Made by a program: the position numbers and the translations under genes
The notes under the pieces: model-generated
Databases searched by the model: none
What the model was told of the DNA's origin: nothing
What the model saw: the letters and a program-made list of their open reading frames with translations, nothing else
Source: Takakia lepidozioides
Lineage: Eukaryota > Plantae > Bryophyta
Assembly: GCA_030704615.1 (NCBI GenBank)
Contig: JAKLZA010000262.1
Span: forward strand, 1-23,000
DNA length: 23,000 nucleotides
Direction of reading: 5' to 3'
In this document: positions 21,266 to 23,000 of the stretch, in pieces
Numbering within the stretch: position 1 is the first letter of the stretch
Layout: every line of letters begins with the position of its first letter

Positions 21266-22006
21266 GCTTGGCTTGCGGTCCACATACAATGGTACGCCCA
21301 TCGGATAGTAGAACTGTACTGCTGCCAGTACCTCAGACTCTGGCCACACAAAGGTCCGACATATGTCTTGCCTACCAGTAACCTGTTTTGATCGAACTAA
21401 GATATTACTATATCGTTCACTTGTTTCCACGTGCATGTATTTTTGTATGTTGGAGGTTCATGTTTTTTTTCTGCTTTCCGAAAACTTGCTCTCCTCATTC
21501 GACCTCCGACAAGGAAATGCGGCGCCGAATTTCCAAGTATCGTCGTAGGTACCCCCAGAGGCGGCCTTCGCCAACACCAAACCGCTCCGAAATTTCGCAC
21601 GTGCGAACCCTAATGCGGCACCCTATTTCCCAGTTCAGTTGCAAACCTTTCCCGCCGAATACCCGAAGAAGACAGAATTGTGAAGTACTGCAGACTGTAT
21701 TGGTGCAGACTCCATTGGTTCAATCGCGGCAAAAGGGTCAGCTTCATTCCAATGTTAAGGCATGTAAAACCGCGGAATACTCTATACAGGCCAGTATGCG
21801 ACGTCCTTTTGCAGTGGTATACTGGATTTCCCGTTGCACGGTCACTTATTTCCATGAGCGGATCTATAAAACCATGAGCGGACTTGTTACTGACGACATA
21901 TCTTCGCCGCATTACATGATCTGGAACGTCCAAAAACGGCAAGGTCAAATAAAAAACTATTATTTTAATACTTGTTTAATCTGCCGCATTTCCAAATTTG
22001 GAGGAG

Positions 22007-22112
22007 TCCGCTCATGAAATCCGCGTATCTTAGACTTCGGCTCACCGCTCATGCGGCTCATGCGGCTCATGGCTCATGGCTCATGGTTTCTGCTCATGAA
22101 ATAGTAAACCTC
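22007..22112 (-). repeat. Right TIR plus (GCTCATG/GCTCATGCG)n subterminal repeat
   Basis: ccgctcatgcggctcatgcggctcatggctcatggctcatgg...gctcatgaaatagtaaacctc, the inverse of the left end; extra ccatgagcgga copies at ~21852 and ~21872. Confidence 0.8.
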
Positions 22113-23000
22113 ACTCCACAGTATCGCTCCTGCAACCCAGCCCAAACCCGGACTGACTTTTGCCTCCACCTACAGAAAGGTCTCGGCCTACAGAGAAGGT
22201 GGAAAGCTACGAGGAAGGGAAACTAAAGCAATGCTTATCCCCAGCACGCTCTCGTCCCAACACCCTCTTTTTTCCTCTCTTCTCTCACTTGCATGACCAT
22301 GAGAGCATCATGTAGACACTCCTCAAACAGCCCTCCACGAGCTCATGAAACTTGGCCTCCAAGGCCCCATGCAAGCCTCCACAGGGTCCACCAGTGCCTC
22401 CTTACGTCCACCAGCCATTCCTCCGAATGGAACCACCTCAGGAAACCAAATCATTCACTGAAGGTTCAAAAATGGAGCAAATAGAGGTACATATAGGCCC
22501 CAACAACATTCTGTCCAAAGGAATTACCTGCAGGCTGGTCTCCCCCACAATTAAGAATTGGGCTGAAAACCAGAAAAGATTACCTGCAGGGGAGTAATCC
22601 CCTTTGTTAAAACTCAACAAGGAGGCAATTCCGACTTTTCTGCCGGATCAACTAGCTCAAAACCGTTGTTCTTCAGAGCCCAGCCCATCAAGGTCCCACG
22701 AAACGAGTGATTTTTTATTTTTATTTTTATTTTTTCACTCTGCCTGTTCGCAGCCTTCCGTGGCTCCAACCGCCATGACTCCTCACGACCCGCCCTAGGC
22801 ACTCGTTGGCCATGGGCTGCCTCGTTACCCCGTGGTACCACTCCCACGAGCCTTCACGGCCCGCCATTCTCACGATCTGGTCACCATGCCCACCCGTTGT
22901 GTCCGCACCACGACTTCTAACGGTCACGGTCAACGGTCACAGTTAACCATCACGACCTCGGCTCGTTGTATCTCGTGATACCGCCTTAACGGCCCATCAC

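Larger units (their letters stand above)
7475..22112. mobile_element. Large Mutator-like (MULE) DNA transposon, ~14.6 kb, three genes
   Basis: Left end GGGGGCTGCTATTTCATGAGC and right end (rc) GAGGTTTACTATTTCATGAGC, both followed by CATGAGC tandem repeats; MULE transposase inside; one palindrome family found only between these ends. No TSD found. Confidence 0.75.

Noticed and set aside
22113-23000. Right flank: ATTACCTGCAGG direct repeat (~22523, ~22579) and CGGTCA-type repeats near 22920
   Set aside because: May be the subterminal region of another element, but no terminus or coding signal supports a call.

Overview
Eukaryotic, intron-containing, repeat-dense DNA made of nested transposons. 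A non-seed land plant such as a bryophyte is my best guess (inference only). (1) 1-4489, minus strand: 5' half of a Tat/Ogre-like Ty3/Gypsy LTR retrotransposon, with a 617-bp LTR, PBS, an extra ORF, gag with three CCHC knuckles and a protease; pol runs off the window. It sits in a GGCTGTG-type tandem repeat. (2) 4928-6900, minus strand: CACTA (Tnp2-type) transposase, split by an 847-bp non-autonomous CACTA with 30-bp TIRs and an ATT TSD. (3) About 7475-22112: a ~14.6-kb Mutator-like element with imperfect TIRs. It encodes a GCM-like Zn domain + DDE + SWIM transposase (+), a divergent multi-exon gene joining a ParB/Srx-like domain (DGNHR) to a beta-class amino (N4C/N6A) DNA-methyltransferase-like domain (-), and a third unknown gene (-). 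Its non-coding regions and several introns carry roughly 50 copies of the palindrome GGAAATGCGGYRCCGCATTTCC; about 31 form an array with a 52-53-bp period. This transposon-borne ParB-MTase plus phased-palindrome module is the candidate novel system. Many single-base frameshifts occur in the retrotransposon and Mutator-like genes, from either decay or assembly indels.
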